Origin: a virus
Taxonomy: Duplodnaviria > Caudoviricetes
Direction: 5' to 3' (one strand)
IMG/VR virus record: IMGVR_UViG_3300028864_000091
Location: 1-25,710 of that record
Length of the DNA: 25,710 nt
Part shown: positions 24,025 through 25,710 of the stretch, piece after piece
How the letters are laid out: the number at the start of each line of letters is the position of its first letter
Position numbering within the stretch: the first letter of the stretch is position 1
Translations under genes and position numbers: made by a program
Notes under the pieces: model-generated
Database searches by the model: none
What the model was told of the DNA's origin: nothing
Seen by the model: only the letters and a program-made list of their open reading frames with translations

Positions 24025-25569
24025 TTATCCTTCAGTTTCTTCGAACAATAAAGATTCAGCTTTTTCAATCGACATTTCGTTTATTTGGTCTTCAAACGAT
24101 TTTTCAATTACTTCCGGAACGATAACCGTTTCTTGAAAAGTTTCAGCTTTTTCAAAAATTTCAACGCTTGAAACAAACTCATTATCGTCAGCCTTCGTTA
24201 AAACCTGCAACGCTTGAGTTTCCCAATCCTTGTCTTTTGTTCCTAAATATTTTTGAAAATTGGCGCTTTGTTTTCTTAGGTTGGCTCTAGTTGCAGTTCT
24301 GCGTTCGTTAAGTATCTTTGAGAAAGTTCGAGTGGTAAATTGTGCTGGGTCAATATTGTTTTCGTGCCTGATAATTAAATCTAGAAGTTCTTGACGTTCT
24401 TTGTCATCTTCGGCTGCATCATCCAAACGTGGAGCCGAATCAAATTCATAGTCTTGGAAACGACTTTTCATCGTTTCAATTGTTTCATGAATTGTTAAGT
24501 AAATTTCCGAAACAACCCCGCGGGACAAAATAGCTTTTGTGTCCTCGTTTTCAGACAAGGTATTAACGTCTTTATTCGTCATTACCATTATACGCCCCGT
24601 AAATTCAAAATTACTTTTTACATCGTCTGGGTCTCCGATAATTCTTTTTCCGGTCGCCGATGTAGCCTTTTTCATAACCGAAGCGCAATCGGCGCGGGTG
24701 ATTACTTTATCCGTATCATCAAACAATATGATTTTCCCGTTGTGAGCTTTTAGGATAGTCAACAATTGTTTTCCCGAAGCTACGTCGGTTGCTTCAAAGA
24801 TGTCATAATCTCCATCACCAGGAGTGTCGCCTTCTTGGAATGGTCTCATGTTCAATTCTTTTGCAAGTCCGTTGAAACCGTATGTTTTACCAATACCTGC
24901 TCCACCTGCTGAAATCATGAACCTTTGACCGTCGTTTTCAAGAAATTCCAAATACTTAGCATTCAAATCGAATATTACTTCGTCGGGTTGAATGTAGTTA
25001 GGGTCTTTTATTTTTTGTTTGTAAACAAATTTGTCGTAACGTATCCGGTCAGCTTTACCGATAAGTTTGTTGAATGTTTTTTGAACACGTGGGTCGTTTT
25101 TGTTCAAATACCATTCTTCACGAATAGCTTCTTGACCGTCTAAATCTACTTCTGCGCCGTCGGCGATATCGTCAGTAGAAGCCGCGGCAGGTTTAGCTCC
25201 GTTGCCGACCATTTTATTAATTTTGGCTTGTTTAGCCATGTGGTCGTCTAAAGTTCCAGTTGTGCTTATGCCCGAAATATCAACCCCGCGCTTTTCAAGC
25301 TCTTCTCGAGCAATGATACGTTGTTCAGCTTTCGCATTCTTTGCTCCGGCAAATGTTATTAATTTTGAATCATCGGTTTTAGAAGCCCATTCTTTCAGGG
25401 TATCGTTACTCATTGGTTTAGCGGTAGAACTCGAAGTCACGCTCCCCCTTCCGCCTTGTTTACGCCAATCTTCTTTGCCTGAAGTTAACAACGTCCAAAC
25501 TAAAGAACTATCTTTAGGGTGCACGTCGCCTATTGCGTGTGCTTTCTTAATAATATCATCTTTATTCAT
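24025..25569 (-). CDS. AAA+-type P-loop ATPase with N-terminal extension and acidic C-tail (about 514 aa)
   Basis: Walker A GGAGIGKT (24883-24906), Walker B IILFDD, sensor-1-like FEFTGRIMVMTN, Arg-finger-like AILSR. ATG 25569 preferred over the track's TTG 25599. Confidence 0.85.
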   Translation of the reverse strand: MNKDDIIKKAHAIGDVHPKDSSLVWTLLTSGKEDWRKQGGRGSVTSSSTAKPMSNDTLKEWASKTDDSKLITFAGAKNAKAEQRIIAREELEKRGVDISGISTTGTLDDHMAKQAKINKMVGNGAKPAAASTDDIADGAEVDLDGQEAIREEWYLNKNDPRVQKTFNKLIGKADRIRYDKFVYKQKIKDPNYIQPDEVIFDLNAKYLEFLENDGQRFMISAGGAGIGKTYGFNGLAKELNMRPFQEGDTPGDGDYDIFEATDVASGKQLLTILKAHNGKIILFDDTDKVITRADCASVMKKATSATGKRIIGDPDDVKSNFEFTGRIMVMTNKDVNTLSENEDTKAILSRGVVSEIYLTIHETIETMKSRFQDYEFDSAPRLDDAAEDDKERQELLDLIIRHENNIDPAQFTTRTFSKILNERRTATRANLRKQSANFQKYLGTKDKDWETQALQVLTKADDNEFVSSVEIFEKAETFQETVIVPEVIEKSFEDQINEMSIEKAESLLFEETEG

Positions 25570-25599
25570 GCCAATAGTTTTTATTTTTACACATGACAA

Positions 25600-25612
25600 T
25601 TAATAGTTGATT
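25600..25612 (-). promoter_or_regulatory. Candidate late-promoter motif AATCAACTATTAA
   Basis: Intergenic, about 30 nt upstream of the ATPase ATG; identical to 11358-11370. Confidence 0.4.
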
Positions 25613-25710
25613 CTATTCTGTTTCGAACTCGATTGGTAAATGTATCCCGAAAAAGTCTTCCATAATCTCACGAGTAACCCGCGTAACCGTATCAGAATCT
25701 TCGCCCCGAC
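25613..25710 (-). CDS. 3' end of an upstream gene of unknown function
   Basis: Open frame ...RGEDSDTVTRVTREIMEDFFGIHLPIEFETE* ending in TAG at 25613-25615. Confidence 0.6.
   Translation of the reverse strand, partial: RGEDSDTVTRVTREIMEDFFGIHLPIEFETE

Larger units (their letters stand above)
1..25710 (-). mobile_element. Structural/lysis region of a large myovirus-type phage with Twort/SPO1-like head-neck-tail gene order
   Basis: Continuous co-oriented run of protease, capsid, neck, sheath, tube, tape measure, baseplate and fibre genes. No host genes, integrase or att site are visible, so free phage versus prophage cannot be decided. Confidence 0.95.

Noticed and set aside
24025-25569. ATPase as terminase large subunit or clamp loader
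   Set aside because: No terminase-type Walker context or nuclease domain. The location and the N- and C-terminal extensions do not fit a replication clamp loader, though only a search could exclude it.
2599-25603. All plus-strand ORFs in the track (60-141 aa)
   Set aside because: Each lies antisense to a well-supported minus-strand gene and has shadow-like Ser/Phe/Leu-rich composition with no motifs.
1-25710. Stop-codon reassignment as in some Bacteroidota phages
   Set aside because: Genes are full length in the standard code, and TAA, TGA and TAG all occur at sensible gene ends (TAG at 15850 and 25613).

Overview
The whole window is the late (structural) region of a large contractile-tailed phage. 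All credible genes are on the minus strand, tightly packed, and read cleanly in the standard genetic code. In transcription order (right to left): end of an upstream gene, AAA+-type ATPase, HipA/PI3-4K-like kinase fused to an ADP-ribosyltransferase-like domain, small unknown protein, lysis trio (GH108 endolysin, lipoprotein, 2-TM holin), prohead protease-scaffold fusion, major capsid protein, neck/head-tail genes, sheath, tube, two tail chaperones, tape measure, baseplate hub split in two around an M23 peptidase, spike, tube-initiator-like, LysM/gp25-like, baseplate J, and a repeat-containing tail fibre running off the window (missing from the ORF track). Gene order and capsid resemble Twort/SPO1-like (Herelleviridae-type) myoviruses. 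A-rich, Shine-Dalgarno-less starts and the lysis genes suggest a Gram-negative, probably Bacteroidota, host (inference). The main candidate for a novel system is the pair of enzymes upstream of the head genes. They share a short N-terminal W..DWR motif and carry the [ILVF]-x-K-[AS] motifs also seen in the scaffold and capsid propeptide, suggesting head-packaged, protease-matured effectors injected with the DNA. A second signal is a CARCTATWAW motif on the coding strand that twice abuts terminator hairpins. All family calls come from motifs read by eye; no searches were run.
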